Part shown: one piece after another, positions 47,462-58,631 of the stretch | Numbering within the stretch: the stretch's first letter is position 1 | Layout: each line of letters begins with the position of its first letter | IMG/VR virus record: IMGVR_UViG_3300029305_000620 | Direction: 5' to 3' (one strand) | Length of the DNA stretch: 64,000 nt | Source: an uncultured virus (IMG/VR IMGVR_UViG_3300029305_000620) | Taxonomy: Duplodnaviria > Heunggongvirae > Uroviricota > Caudoviricetes | Made by a program: the position numbers and the translations under genes | Notes under the pieces: generated by a model | Databases searched by the model: none | The model's input: only the letters and a program-made list of their open reading frames with translations | Told to the model about the DNA's origin: nothing

Positions 47462-48072
47462 GCCTCCGCCTCCTTTGCACGTACCCACCGGCACGATACC
47501 TCGCGGGTGGTGCGGGTCACCATCTCGCCGCTGTTCAGCACCTTCTGATACTCGCGGCTCTGATACCGGCCTTCCAGCTCCACCGTGGTGCCGACCTCCA
47601 GCACGCTGACGTTCCGTGCCGATTGTCCCCAGGCAATGCAGGGGATGTATGAACTCCGGCGGCCGTGGTTGATGGCAAGAATGAAGTCGCAGATTTCCCG
47701 GCCGAAGGGTGTTTCCCGGAAGCTGGGTGCTTTGCAGATGACACCCTCCAGCGTCACCAGGTTGTCGTCCTCTGCCTGGTCTGCGTCGGTGATGCTCCGA
47801 ACCAGCAGGGAGGTGAATAGGCAGTGCTTGCCGCCCAGGAGCTTGTTGTATGACCGCATCACGCCCTCCAGGCGGAGGTGGCGGCCTGTCAGGGGCGCGC
47901 CTTCCCCCACCATCGCCGTGGGGACGAAGATGGGCAGAAGGTCGCTGGTGCCGGATTGACGCTGCACCTTGAGAATGCCGTCGAAAAAGGTTTCGCCGTG
48001 GGTGTTGGTGATCATATCCGGCTCACCATCCAGGCGGCCCACCAGCACGACGTGGTTGTTGTGGTGTTGCAT
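47458..48072 (-). CDS. ssb: Double-OB-fold single-stranded DNA-binding protein
   Basis: Two SSB repeats; RETPFGREICD, SYIPCIAWG, GRYQSREY. Confidence 0.8.
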   Translation of the reverse strand: MQHHNNHVVLVGRLDGEPDMITNTHGETFFDGILKVQRQSGTSDLLPIFVPTAMVGEGAPLTGRHLRLEGVMRSYNKLLGGKHCLFTSLLVRSITDADQAEDDNLVTLEGVICKAPSFRETPFGREICDFILAINHGRRSSYIPCIAWGQSARNVSVLEVGTTVELEGRYQSREYQKVLNSGEMVTRTTREVSCRWVRAKEAEA

Positions 48073-48352
48073 GTTTTTCTCCTTACTTGCTGCAGAATGC
48101 AATAAACCGGACGATGAACCAGACCAGCGCAACGTAGACGATGAGGCCCAGGATCACCTTCATGTCGTTTCCTCCTTCATCAGCACAGCGCCCGCGCCAG
48201 GTTCAGCGCGCAGACGGCCACGTCCAGCAGGATCACGGCCACATCCAGTACCTTCGCATTCTTGGGCAGGTACCGCCAATTCTTGCGAACAGTCAATACC
48301 AGGTAGACCGTAACGCCGCCAACCAAAGCGGCAAGGATCAGGTATATCAGCT

Positions 48353-48934
48353 TCATTTCGTTTCCTCCTTCTGTACGCCGCGCCATTCAAAGCAGTTATT
48401 CTCAAAATCGCAGTGCAGACACGGTTCATTGAAGCCAACGCCTAAGTGCTTGCACCCATGACAACAGCGATAGGATTTCAGGTCAGCCACCGCCGCATCC
48501 CGTTCCGCTTCAAGCTGCTCAATCGCTTGCAAGGTTATCTCTCTGGCTTGCGATGCCCTGCCTATTGCAGTAGTTCCATTCAAATCCTCGTCCGGGTCAT
48601 AAGCAGGAACATCAAGCCACTTATCAACGAAGTGCATCACACCAAGGATGGTGTGGTACATGGCATTATTCCTGCTTTCCAGCACCCGGATTTTCTCATC
48701 TTTTTCAGCGTTCTCCGCTTCAAGCTGCTTGATGAGGGCGAGGGCATCGGCATTTTTCGCCACGGTGCATCCCCAGCCTTCGTCCACTGTGTCGTAGGGG
48801 CATTTATGGCAGGCATCAAAGGTTCTGTTGCAGCACTCCAGCCCCTTCTTGATCTCGTCAGGCGTTTTGTGACCGACTTTAATGTCGGCCGCATTGTCAG
48901 GACTTTTCACCAGGGTACCTCCTCGTGTGGTCAA
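48353..48934 (-). CDS. Phage early protein (KTPDEIKKGLECC...FEWRG)
   Basis: Shares segments with phage A genes at 20640-21390. Confidence 0.6.
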   Translation of the reverse strand: MTTRGGTLVKSPDNAADIKVGHKTPDEIKKGLECCNRTFDACHKCPYDTVDEGWGCTVAKNADALALIKQLEAENAEKDEKIRVLESRNNAMYHTILGVMHFVDKWLDVPAYDPDEDLNGTTAIGRASQAREITLQAIEQLEAERDAAVADLKSYRCCHGCKHLGVGFNEPCLHCDFENNCFEWRGVQKEETK

Positions 48935-49315
48935 TCATAGTGCAATTCGCGCGAATCCGCTTCGACACAACCTCCATTGCCTTGATGCCGCCAATGCCAT
49001 TAGCAACATCTGCAAGGCCCTCCATGATGGTTTCGCACAGCGGAGGAAATTCGTTGGTGGGAACGAAAGCGCACACCTTCACGAATGCTTCTGCCATGTC
49101 AGCCAGACAACGGGTCATTTTCTCTTGCTCATTTTTAGTCAGGATTTTCATTGTTCGCCCTCCTTTTGCCCTTGCACTCCGGACAAATTACCTCGCCTGT
49201 TGACTTAACAGTCCACCCCATCTCCCTCACTTCGGCAGTCAATCTCTTAACGCTGCCATTGATGTCAGGTTCATACGAGATGATTTTTTCGCAACAGTCG
49301 CAGATGACCCACATT

Positions 49316-49528
49316 TCAACAGTCTTTCCTATCGGCATCGTTCGCCCTCCTATTCCACGTTTCAACAGCCATTTTCGCAGAGCTGAAATCGCAAGTCCGA
49401 ATATAGCAGACGGAACACCTCACACAATGGTATGTGCCGCTGCCTGTAAACACAGAGCCGGGATAGCTGTCAAGGTTGGCTTTCCCCCCGCAGAAGGGGC
49501 AGGGCTTCAGGTCAGGCGTGTAGCTCAT
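49316..49528 (-). CDS. Lar-family restriction alleviation protein
   Basis: LKPCPFCGG...C..C...AVETWNRR. Confidence 0.7.
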   Translation of the reverse strand: MSYTPDLKPCPFCGGKANLDSYPGSVFTGSGTYHCVRCSVCYIRTCDFSSAKMAVETWNRRANDADRKDC

Positions 49529-50967
49529 CCCAATTCCCCCTATTTCGCACCCACTTGTTGATAATGCGGTTCATGTTCTTCCGCCGGGTGCGGTATTTTC
49601 TGCCGTGCTGCATCAGATGGGTTACACGGTAGATATTGCTCATTTGACCACCCTCCAATTCTTCGCGCGGTTCCACTTGCGGATCGCGCCCCACTTGGTG
49701 AAGGCGGGCTTTCCGCTGAAATGGCAATAACGGCACTCGATGTGCTTATTGCGCCGGCGTTGATATGAGTACACCGTGTAGAGGTGTTTGTCACCGCAGG
49801 CCGGGCAGGGCTTCAACTTCTGCCGTACTTTCTTCTTGGGCTTCTTCATTCTTTCACCACCCCTCGAACATACTGATCTGCCCTTCGATGGGCTCGTTAT
49901 CGGGCTGTTTTGCGCGTCTCAGGCGCTCCTGCAGCGGAACGTGTCCAATATACACCCCGCACCTGTAAAGGCCGCAGGCGGCCCAGGAACGCGCCCAGGA
50001 GGCCGCCGGGCCGGTGGGGCCGTATGCCTTGCACTCGTAGAACTTTCCGGTGATGGACTGCACCCTGTACAGCCAGGGGCAGTCGCCGCACTTGTAACCG
50101 TGCGCCTTGCCGTACTCCTTGTGCATGGCAGCGAGCTTGCGGTCAGGCATCGTCTGTACCTCCGTCCACGACCTTCACCAGCAGCACGACCTTTTTGCCA
50201 TCCTTGCGCTTCCACTCATAGCCGCCCTGCAGCTTGCCTTCCTTCTCGTTCAGGCACTCGCTGAGCATGTAATCACGCACAGAACAGATTGCTTCATCCG
50301 TCACATCGGACTTGTTTCGCCACATTTGGGGCTTGCCGTCCTTTTTCGGCATCAGCGTTCCGGCGTAGATTCCGAACACGCCAGCAGAAACATGGTACTT
50401 AGCCATTATTCGGCACCTCCATTCTTGGTAGGGACATTTATGTCCTTCGCAACCTCGTTGAACAGATGTCCATTGGTGTAATACAAGAGCCGAGCTTCCG
50501 TATACATAAGCTGATTCCATTCTTGAGCAAGCCTTTTAAGCAACTTGCTGGGCTGTTCATACGGGACAATCACTTCCACCTTCTTGTGCCTGTGGAATCC
50601 GTAGCCTTTGCAGAATGCCCATGCGACGGTCACATCGTATGTATTTACATATGGCTTCTTCCCGCAGATCGGACACTCAAAGAACGCCACATCACACGTC
50701 CTTGCCATCATTCCGCGCCTCCATCTTCTTGCCGCAATAAGGGCAATGCGTCAGCTTGATTCCGTGCCAGTCCATGCCGCAGTGCTTGCATTTCTGGTAG
50801 ATCATACGGTATCCCCATCCTTTTCTCCGAAGTAATACCCAGCAATGACCTTCCAGCAGAAGAAGGACAGCCACACGGTAGCCTCCCGGAAATCTGCATC
50901 ATAGCCCATAACCAAGCCAACCTTGAATGAGCCGTTTTCCCTGTATGTATTGAAATAGAATCCACGT

Positions 50968-51303
50968 TTACGAGTTGGCATCTTCCGCACCTCCGTCCAT
51001 CTTCGCGCCGCACGAATGGCAATACGGCGGATATCCTTCCGGGTTGTCAGGCTTTGCTTCCCAGTCTGCCGGGCTACACCCGCACTTGCTACACGCAGGG
51101 AATCCAGCCATCATCACCCACCGCCCATGCACCACCGGCACAGCGTCGATGGTGGGGGCTTCGTCTATCAAACCAACCACCTGATACCGCTGAATAAGAA
51201 AACCGCCAGCGCCCATCCTCGTCCCATCGAAAAGCACAATTCTCATGTCTGTGGAAAACGCTTTTTTCAGCGCATTCGCGTCAATCAGCCGCTTGTCAGA
51301 CAT
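50968..51303 (-). CDS. Phage early protein, RLIDA...VHGRW...CGAKMD family
   Basis: Motifs. Confidence 0.65.
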   Translation of the reverse strand: MSDKRLIDANALKKAFSTDMRIVLFDGTRMGAGGFLIQRYQVVGLIDEAPTIDAVPVVHGRWVMMAGFPACSKCGCSPADWEAKPDNPEGYPPYCHSCGAKMDGGAEDANS

Positions 51304-52288
51304 CACAACCACCCCTCTTGTTTTCCAACTCCAGCCATGCCTTGATATACCTCTTCCAACAGCAATGATCTCCATCATCGGGGCAACCATCTCTGCCGCA
51401 ATCAAGAGAAAGCATTTCATCTATGTTGTTGTAATTACAAGGAACACTATCCCCCATAAGGTTTTCGAGCATTTTTGCAACCACATCAATATGTATTGCA
51501 TCCACACTCGGAGCCATGCTCACCTTCGCCAACACCGCATCGGTGCGGACGTAGGGCAGGCCCTTCACGATGATGCTCTCCTCGCGTTGCAGGGCCTTGT
51601 GCAGCCTGCTCCGGCTAATCAGGTCATTCTGCACCGTAGACCTCCTCGTCCTTCCGCCGCCACTTCTCCACAAGGGCGTGGAGCTCGGCCTTCTCGTCGT
51701 CGGTGAGCATGTCCGGGGTGAAGTCGCCCAGCATGTCACGGTATGCGTCGTTTTCTTCCTTCTCCAGCTTGTATTGGGTGTGGTAGTCATGGTACCGGCT
51801 CTCGATTGCGCATGCCTTGGCGATCAGGTTGTCAATCGCTGATGCCATGACACCCCTCCCGCAGCCGGTCACCTTTTCGCACAGGTCATGATCGGCCAGC
51901 AGTTGATGCTTGATGGAAATCAGCATGGAAATACTGCGCGCCGGGATGAAAAGGTGGTCATTCATGGTCTTTATCCTCCTCCTGCAAAATCGCCCAGATG
52001 AGCCGCCCGCCATCCGTGATGCCGCAATTCAGAATCTTGTAGCCATGCGCGGTGAAATCATTGAGAGCGTCCTCGAAGGCTGCCTGGTCGCATATGCCAC
52101 GGAGCGGTCTTTTCAGGATCACATGCTTCATTTGTCATCCTCCTTCACAAAGTGCGCAGTGCAAAGCGTTGATACCAAAGCGGTGACAGCACACGCGAGG
52201 GCAGAAGTACCGCCGATCCAGCAAACAAACAAGCCAACTAACTGACCGATGAGGATGCACTCCCAGCATATGAGTTGATTTTTCGGAC

Positions 52289-52858
52289 TCATTCTTTGCC
52301 GACCTCCTTGCTCCTGTACGCCTCCAGCGCCTTGCGGTACGCCGGGGTGTTCACATAGCCGCAGCACTTGTCCTCAAACTCCGGGCAGAATCCCCGGTAG
52401 ATGCACTCAGGCACCATCACCGAGGCCAGCACCGGGTCAACCTCCTTAACCAACGCCTTGACCTCCTGCCACGCGCCCCGCGTTTCCGGGCTTGCTTGGC
52501 CGCACAGACGGCGTCGGGAGATGAAGATGAGCGCTTGTGCATTGGCCTCGCACTCGTGGCTCACAGGGGCGTTCTGGGGGCTCAAATCGCGATCCACGCC
52601 GGTGCGGTCAGACCGCTGCGTCGTGACCCAGTGCTCAATGCCGCCGTGGTGCCGCACGAAATGCACCGACACCCAGCTTTTCAGATCCTTCCACTTCCAG
52701 GAGAAGCGGAGCTTGCGGATGGGGGAGTGCTCCGCCAGCAGGATGGTCTTCTTCCAGCTGTCGGAGGGGTACGCGCCCGCGCCATCCTTGCTGATGGTCG
52801 TGCGGGCGGCCTGTTTCACCTTGGGCCATGTGTCGGCCCAGTCAAACCATTCGATCAT
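52289..52858 (-). CDS. ThyX-like flavin-dependent thymidylate synthase family protein
   Basis: EHSPIR, HFVRH, TQRSDR, RRLC, VPECIYRGFCPE. Confidence 0.7.
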   Translation of the reverse strand: MIEWFDWADTWPKVKQAARTTISKDGAGAYPSDSWKKTILLAEHSPIRKLRFSWKWKDLKSWVSVHFVRHHGGIEHWVTTQRSDRTGVDRDLSPQNAPVSHECEANAQALIFISRRRLCGQASPETRGAWQEVKALVKEVDPVLASVMVPECIYRGFCPEFEDKCCGYVNTPAYRKALEAYRSKEVGKE

Positions 52859-52860
52859 GG

Positions 52861-53202
52861 TCAGCCCTCCATGTTCAGAATCATCAAAGCAGTTTGCGGC
52901 CACTTCGTGTCACTGCCCCAGCCGGGCGTTTCGCTCTGCATCTTGTAGCAGGGCTCAATCTTTCCGTCTATTTCCAGCTCAGGCACAGCCCAGGTAGACG
53001 CAAGGTATGTATAGCCTTTGAAGTACGGCTTGCCATCCAGGAAAATCGTGCCGCCGGTGTACTCCCAATCGCCACGCAGACCCGCATACGCATCGCTGCA
53101 CCCGCTGGCCTTGATACGCCTCGCCGCCTCATTCCAGTCAAACACCATCAGCTCACAGCCACGGTGTGCTTCGCCCATCGCGAAGGCTTCCATAGTGTTC
53201 AT
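52861..53202 (-). CDS. Hypothetical phage protein
   Basis: VFDWNEAA...AGLRGDWEYTGG...YLASTWAVP. Confidence 0.65.
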   Translation of the reverse strand: MNTMEAFAMGEAHRGCELMVFDWNEAARRIKASGCSDAYAGLRGDWEYTGGTIFLDGKPYFKGYTYLASTWAVPELEIDGKIEPCYKMQSETPGWGSDTKWPQTALMILNMEG

Positions 53203-53511
53203 TCCTTCTGAGCCTCCTGTACTCTCTCATCATCGAACGGTGCGCGGAAGTTGATCCACACGCCCGCCTTTTGCAATGCTTCCTCAATGACTTCATCCTT
53301 GTCCAGGGTGTTGATGATGTAGCCGTCCATCCGGCGCAGGAAGCGCGTGTTGCGCTTCTTGCCGTAGCCTTCCAGGTCGTGCAGGGCCATCACCGCGCCG
53401 GCGTAGCAGGTTCTCATAGCGAAGTTGCATGCGGCATCCCAGCCCTCTGCGTAGCCCTTCTGGAATGTGACCTCTCCCATCGGATGCGTCCGCCGGTGGT
53501 TGATGATCTGC

Positions 53512-53826
53512 TCATTGATGTACACGATCCTCCGAGCTTCCTTCCGGCGTTGCTGTCGGTTCATTGCTTTCCCACCTCCTTCTGCACAAGTCTCTTGCGA
53601 TTTCGCGGTGAATGTCCCTTGACAGGCAGCCGCACGACCGGGTGCGCTTCTCGCGGAGGTTCACGCCCAGGACGGTCACCACCGCGCCGCACTTGCAGCT
53701 GCACAGCCATTCAGGCTCGGAGCGTAGCACCCGCCCGCGCTCATCGTACTGGCGGCGCGTTCCCGCCCTCGCCAGCACTTTCAGGCGGTCAAAGTCTCGC
53801 CCGGTCAAATCAATCAGCACGCCCAT
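53512..53826 (-). CDS. AP2/HNH-associated Zn domain protein
   Basis: DLTGRDFDRLKV...WLCSCKCG...SCGCL. Confidence 0.6.
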   Translation of the reverse strand: MGVLIDLTGRDFDRLKVLARAGTRRQYDERGRVLRSEPEWLCSCKCGAVVTVLGVNLREKRTRSCGCLSRDIHREIARDLCRRRWESNEPTATPEGSSEDRVHQ

Positions 53827-54101
53827 CTTACTTCCTCCCGCGGTACACCTTGTCGCCAACGGAGTAGCGGTAGTATGTGTTTTCATCTACCACCCACACC
53901 GTGCTCCGCTTTCCGTCCGTGCTCGTGATACCCAGCGAATACACCCAGGGCGTGTCGTCGTTTGCCGGGGAATATGCCGGATGGTGGGTCTTGCTGTCGA
54001 TGTAGCCCGTCATAGGGGACGGATTGACCGTCAGCAGGTAGAACGTGCCCACCAGGAATACCAGGGCAAGGCCCAGGCAGATGATGCTGATAATGATGTC
54101 G

Positions 54102-54479
54102 TTACTCATTTGTGTCATTCTCCTTTGTGTGTTCTTTCAGCCATAAATCCGCGGCGTACTCGCGGTATATGGTCATGAAGTCGTCCAGCCGCATCGTCAC
54201 GAGGATGTCAGCGTTGTTTTTCTTATGGAATACGGCGGGGATGTTGCCCTGACCGCCCGCCTCAGCGTCGCGGACGGCTTGTGCCATCCAGGTGTAGAGG
54301 CTCATTTTCTCTTGGTGCTTCGCCTCGCAATGTATGCCAGGAAGGCCTACCACATCGGACGCATCGCCCGTGTTGCCGCAATATTGGGCCGTTCTGCGGG
54401 CATCGTAGCCGTACTCCCGGAACCGGGAGGCAAGGGCGCGCTCGAAGCGCTTGCCCTTGTCCCTTGATGCTTTGCCCAT
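54102..54479 (-). CDS. Holliday junction resolvase (PD-(D/E)xK)
   Basis: SRDKGKRFER, DVVGLPGIHCEAK. Confidence 0.75.
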   Translation of the reverse strand: MGKASRDKGKRFERALASRFREYGYDARRTAQYCGNTGDASDVVGLPGIHCEAKHQEKMSLYTWMAQAVRDAEAGGQGNIPAVFHKKNNADILVTMRLDDFMTIYREYAADLWLKEHTKENDTNE

Positions 54480-54890
54480 TCAATCACCACCTTTCAGCAG
54501 CTCAGGGTTGTCGTGGATGTTGCCATCAACGCGGTATACAGCATCATGGTACATGTAGTAGAACCGCTTACGTTTCTTGTCATCAATTCCGAAGGAGCCG
54601 TCCTTGAACACGATCACGCCGCGCCCGGACAAGCCTCTGGTGCGCATCTGAACAACGTCCCCCTCGAAAATCTTCTTGCCGTTCTTGTCGGAAAGGCCGG
54701 TGTACTGGCCCACGGTTTCGGGGATGACTTCGAAATAGATGTCACCACCAAAGCACCCACTTGGATGCTTATGATTGACAATGTAGGCATGGATGTCAGG
54801 CTTGCCATAGAACTCTGTATCTTTCACAAGTAAGCCTTCAACCCATTCGTCGTTGATAACCTTCTTGCCCCGGAACAGGATCTCACGCAT
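54480..54890 (-). CDS. YopX-family protein
   Basis: REILFRGK, TVGQYTGLSDKNGKKIFEGD, GNIHDNPELL. Confidence 0.85.
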   Translation of the reverse strand: MREILFRGKKVINDEWVEGLLVKDTEFYGKPDIHAYIVNHKHPSGCFGGDIYFEVIPETVGQYTGLSDKNGKKIFEGDVVQMRTRGLSGRGVIVFKDGSFGIDDKKRKRFYYMYHDAVYRVDGNIHDNPELLKGGD

Positions 54891-55308
54891 GACCTGCACC
54901 ACCTTTCAGCGTGGCCTCCGCTTCCTTGTTAACAGAGGCCAGCGTCTGACCCTTCTTCAAGCCCACCATCCACGCGGGCGGCGTGGGCATGTCCTGCTCC
55001 AGGGGCCGCCACAGGTGGAGGCAGTACGGGTGGGTGTTCACATATTCGCTCTCCGCCGGGTGGTACTGGACGACGACTTCATCGGGGTGGAAGAACATGT
55101 GCTTGATCTCGCACATCTCCTCCCAGGTGGGGCAGCGGTGATTGAAACTGACCGACACATGCTCCCAGCCGCCGCCGTTTGAGAATACCACCGCAGCGGG
55201 CCGCTTCTTCGGGGAGCTGGCCAGGAGGGCTGTCGCCCACCCGCCATCCTCACCCGCTCGAATGATTGTCAGGCGCGGAACCGCCAGCAGCTCTGTCAAC
55301 GTCTTCAT
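54883..55308 (-). CDS. Hypothetical phage protein (GWEHVSVS...PTWEEMC)
   Basis: Motif; HPYCLHLW. Confidence 0.7.
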   Translation of the reverse strand: MKTLTELLAVPRLTIIRAGEDGGWATALLASSPKKRPAAVVFSNGGGWEHVSVSFNHRCPTWEEMCEIKHMFFHPDEVVVQYHPAESEYVNTHPYCLHLWRPLEQDMPTPPAWMVGLKKGQTLASVNKEAEATLKGGAGHA

Positions 55309-55311
55309 GGC

Positions 55312-55821
55312 TCATCCCCCCATGTTTGGCATCAGGCAGTCCCAATACCAATCGTCGAACTTAGTTTCCTTGTCGGTGACGATTTCTCCGTTCACGATCT
55401 CGACGGTCTGCATAAACTGCATGCCACGTTCAAAGCCAACGATCTTGATGTCGATGTTGTGCTTCCGAGCCTTGTCCAGATAGGGAGCAGATTCAACACC
55501 CCATGCGGCCTTGAAACCGTCGATGCATACCGTTTGCACGCATTCGGGGTCATCGTCAGGTTCTACAGAAATAGAATCGCCATCGATGAAATTGCGTCGA
55601 GTATCTTTGATGTAATTAGACGGCCAAATGTACTTCTCGCCACATTCTGGACGGCTCAGCGTGATTTCATAGCCATCGTCGTTGAATACAAGATCACGTT
55701 CAACGCTTCCGAGGATGTTACCAGCCGGGGTGGCGACAAACATCAGTTCATTTTTGAGAAAACTCGCAATACCGTCGCGCTTGCCACGCAGGCGGATGTT
55801 ACCTTCAACCCAATTCGGCAT
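55312..55821 (-). CDS. Hypothetical phage protein
   Basis: MPNWVEGNIRLRG..., GGAGG RBS. Confidence 0.65.
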   Translation of the reverse strand: MPNWVEGNIRLRGKRDGIASFLKNELMFVATPAGNILGSVERDLVFNDDGYEITLSRPECGEKYIWPSNYIKDTRRNFIDGDSISVEPDDDPECVQTVCIDGFKAAWGVESAPYLDKARKHNIDIKIVGFERGMQFMQTVEIVNGEIVTDKETKFDDWYWDCLMPNMGG

Positions 55822-55825
55822 ATTG

Positions 55826-56218
55826 TCATTCCTCCGTCAGGTAGGGAAGATCCCTGTCGATGTCATCCGGCACGTTGTCGGCCCACACATAGCTGTTTTC
55901 GAGGATGTATGTGTTGTAGGTGGCCGCCGTGCGGTTGGCGCGGATCATGGCCTGGTCGGCCCAGCCGCGCTTCTCCTCCGAGTCGCTGTCCTTGTACTGC
56001 TGCCAGGTCAGCTTGTCCGCCTCATAGCTGGCGATCATCGCCCGGCAGGTGTCTTCAACCTTTTTCAGGGTCTCGTAGCGCGTCGCGTCGTCCGCCTTCT
56101 GCACCGCGTGCATATGGGTATTCATATCAGCGCGGAAAAGCGGGGAGAAGTTGTACAGCAGCACCAGCGCGATGATAAACGCCGCAATGGCGAGCACAAT
56201 CTTTTCGCCCTTACTCAT
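55826..56218 (-). CDS. Membrane-anchored protein
   Basis: N-terminal TM; ANRTAATYN. Confidence 0.7.
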   Translation of the reverse strand: MSKGEKIVLAIAAFIIALVLLYNFSPLFRADMNTHMHAVQKADDATRYETLKKVEDTCRAMIASYEADKLTWQQYKDSDSEEKRGWADQAMIRANRTAATYNTYILENSYVWADNVPDDIDRDLPYLTEE

Positions 56219-56789
56219 TGTCGCTCACCTCGTAACGCACAACGGGGGCATCCACCACGAAGGGAATATCGCTGTACAGGTATTCGCCCGTCCACTCGAC
56301 GTACTTGCCGTCCGGGGTGAAGAAGAAGATGCCGTTGTCGTTCTCGCCGTAGCTGCCATCAACGTCGGCAAGCCATTCGTTTTCATATGCGGAGGAACCG
56401 TTGATATAATCGCCAGCAACTTCGTAAAACAGAGAATCCGGGGTCAAGAAGCTGTTCAGGCTGGAGACCTTGCCGTCAACCACGAAGGAGCCGACTGTCG
56501 CATTGCCCGCAAAGAGGACGATGTAGCCCAGGGGCCTGTCGATCTCACAGGGCAGCGTGATCGCCTTTTCTCGCATACCATTGACCCAGTATGCTCGGCG
56601 GATCAGGTTGTAGCGCTCCAGGCTGTACTCGATGTCGGACGGGGTGGGTTGGCGTTGGGCCAGACCATGCGCGTTCTTTGTCGTCTGGGCAACGTCGGCT
56701 TCCGTGCCGGTTGCCACATACTCGTCACAGCTGCAAAGGGCAAACATCATCAGAACGAGAACGAGAACCAGGGCAATACGCTTCTTCAT
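56211..56789 (-). CDS. Lipoprotein
   Basis: Signal peptide with lipobox LCSC; GKVSSLNSFLTP, DVDGSYGEN. Confidence 0.75.
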   Translation of the reverse strand: MKKRIALVLVLVLMMFALCSCDEYVATGTEADVAQTTKNAHGLAQRQPTPSDIEYSLERYNLIRRAYWVNGMREKAITLPCEIDRPLGYIVLFAGNATVGSFVVDGKVSSLNSFLTPDSLFYEVAGDYINGSSAYENEWLADVDGSYGENDNGIFFFTPDGKYVEWTGEYLYSDIPFVVDAPVVRYEVSDNE

Positions 56790-56823
56790 TTTTGCTTTTC
56801 CTTTCTTTCAGTCGGGCCGTTCA

Positions 56824-57237
56824 TCAGAACGGGAGTTCATCGGTTTCAACCTCGGTGTAGCCGCTATTCGGCACCGCAGGCGCGGGAGCCGGAGCAGCAG
56901 GCGCAGCGGGTGCCGCCGCCTGGTCATCGTTGCGGCTGGAAAGGAACTCAACGTCCTCCGCCGTGACCTCCAGCTGCACGCGGGTGCTGCCGTCGTTGGC
57001 CTGATATGTGCGGTAGCTCAGAGGGCCGGAGACGAACACCTTGCGGCCCTTGGCCAGGAACTTCGCGCAGCTCTCGCCCAGGCCGCGCCAGGCATTCACG
57101 CGGAAGTACATCGTGTTGTCCTGGCCGTTGCGCTTCTCATTGACGGCGATGTCGAAGTTGCACACCGTCACGCCCTGGGGGGTGGCGCGCAGCTCCGGCG
57201 GCTTAGTCAGGTTGCCGATCAAGATGATTTTGTTCAT
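56824..57237 (-). CDS. ssb: Single-stranded DNA-binding protein
   Basis: MNKIILIGNLTKPPELR...DELPF tail. Confidence 0.9.
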   Translation of the reverse strand: MNKIILIGNLTKPPELRATPQGVTVCNFDIAVNEKRNGQDNTMYFRVNAWRGLGESCAKFLAKGRKVFVSGPLSYRTYQANDGSTRVQLEVTAEDVEFLSSRNDDQAAAPAAPAAPAPAPAVPNSGYTEVETDELPF

Positions 57238-57395
57238 ATACACCATTCCTTTCTGCCGCCAGGAGGGTGATGGTCTTCCCGCCCAGCTTGGTCTTCTCTG
57301 TCCAAACCTTGTAACCGTTCTTGACCAGGATCGTCGCCACGGCCAGCCGGTCTTCCAGCTTGTCAATCTGCATCAACATGGTTTTCACCCTTTCA

Positions 57396-58631
57396 TCAAA
57401 TGAAGCTCGGCGTGCTCGTGTCTTCTTCACGCTTGCGCTTCACCATTTCGAGATAACGCTCATAGGCGGAGGATTTCTGCTGGGTAAAGGACAGGCCCTT
57501 GCACCAGTAGTCATTGCGCAGCAGGCACTTGCACACGCGCCGCCAGCTGGGCACATCCTTCTTCTGTTCGAGCTGGTAGTCGGCCTCATCGGGGATGCCG
57601 TCGGGGTAGCCTCTTTCCTGCCACCACTTGACGAACTTGTAGATTTTGTTCTTGTAGTGCTCCTGCGTTTTCGGGGGCATGGAGTTGATCAGAAGGTTCG
57701 CGAAGCTCTCCCAGGTGTGGCCCTCCGGCCTGGAGACCTTGTTGTAGCCGTTGATGTTGCCGCGCTCGTTGATGTACATAGCACCGCTATTCGCGCCATT
57801 GACGCGGGCCACTACCTTCGCCCAGGTGTCGGGCTCGATCAGGTGGAACAGCCACAGGCCGCGCCGCTGATCGTCGCCGTAGGGCTGGCAGATGCGCATC
57901 TGATGGATGGTAAGCCCGGCCAGGTGCATGTAGTCATACAGCTCATTGTAGGGCTTATCGGGGTTCTTGCCCTGGTAAATCCAGTCGTCCTCCGTCTTCC
58001 AGTCGTAGATCGGATAGACGTTGTATGTATGCTCCGTGACCTTTGTCGTCCACATCCGGCCCTCATACGGCGTTTTGTACCGGTTGGCAATCGTGCGGTA
58101 TCGGTTCAGGCTTTCGTCGGATCGGATGCCCACGCAGCACGCGCAGCTCTTGCCCTGCGAATACCATTCACCGAATAGCGGCACAAACTCCTCGAACTCC
58201 ATGCCGTCCACAAAGAACGGGAAATAGGCCGGATCGGAAATGCAATCCTTGGGCATGGGGCGAATCCAGTTCTTTTCGGCCTCAGCGTCCCAGCACTTCC
58301 GGAAAGGCTCATACACCGAGACGGCGTTGCGCAGATGGATCGGCAGGCAGCACCAGTACCATTCCGAGTGATCCTTGTACATTTCGCGGCACTTCTCCGC
58401 GTGGTCGATGGTTTTCTTGTACTGGCCCTCAAGGTCAATCAGCAGCACGCCCACCTTGCGCCCGCGCTTGATGGCTTCGTCCATCACCATGTGGAGCATA
58501 CAGGTGCTATCCTTGCCGGCAGAGAACGAGACGTAGATGCGCTCGAACGTGTCAAACGTCCAGGCAATGCGCTGCTTGGCGGCCTCGTAAACATTCATGC
58601 TGAGATATGTTTTCAAAACATAGCCCTCCAT
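57396..58631 (-). CDS. PAPS-reductase/DUF3440 family protein (IbrA/YbdN-like)
   Basis: SFSAGKDS, GIRSDESLNR, YPIYDWKTED, MRICQPYG, NDYWCKGLSF. Confidence 0.85.
   Translation of the reverse strand: MEGYVLKTYLSMNVYEAAKQRIAWTFDTFERIYVSFSAGKDSTCMLHMVMDEAIKRGRKVGVLLIDLEGQYKKTIDHAEKCREMYKDHSEWYWCCLPIHLRNAVSVYEPFRKCWDAEAEKNWIRPMPKDCISDPAYFPFFVDGMEFEEFVPLFGEWYSQGKSCACCVGIRSDESLNRYRTIANRYKTPYEGRMWTTKVTEHTYNVYPIYDWKTEDDWIYQGKNPDKPYNELYDYMHLAGLTIHQMRICQPYGDDQRRGLWLFHLIEPDTWAKVVARVNGANSGAMYINERGNINGYNKVSRPEGHTWESFANLLINSMPPKTQEHYKNKIYKFVKWWQERGYPDGIPDEADYQLEQKKDVPSWRRVCKCLLRNDYWCKGLSFTQQKSSAYERYLEMVKRKREEDTSTPSFI

Noticed and set aside
58296..58305. Possible Trp-to-Arg change (EPFRKCWD) in the PAPS-reductase gene as part of a T-to-C pattern with the ACG starts
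   Set aside because: Cannot be verified without an alignment; too few cases to claim editing or a mutational signature
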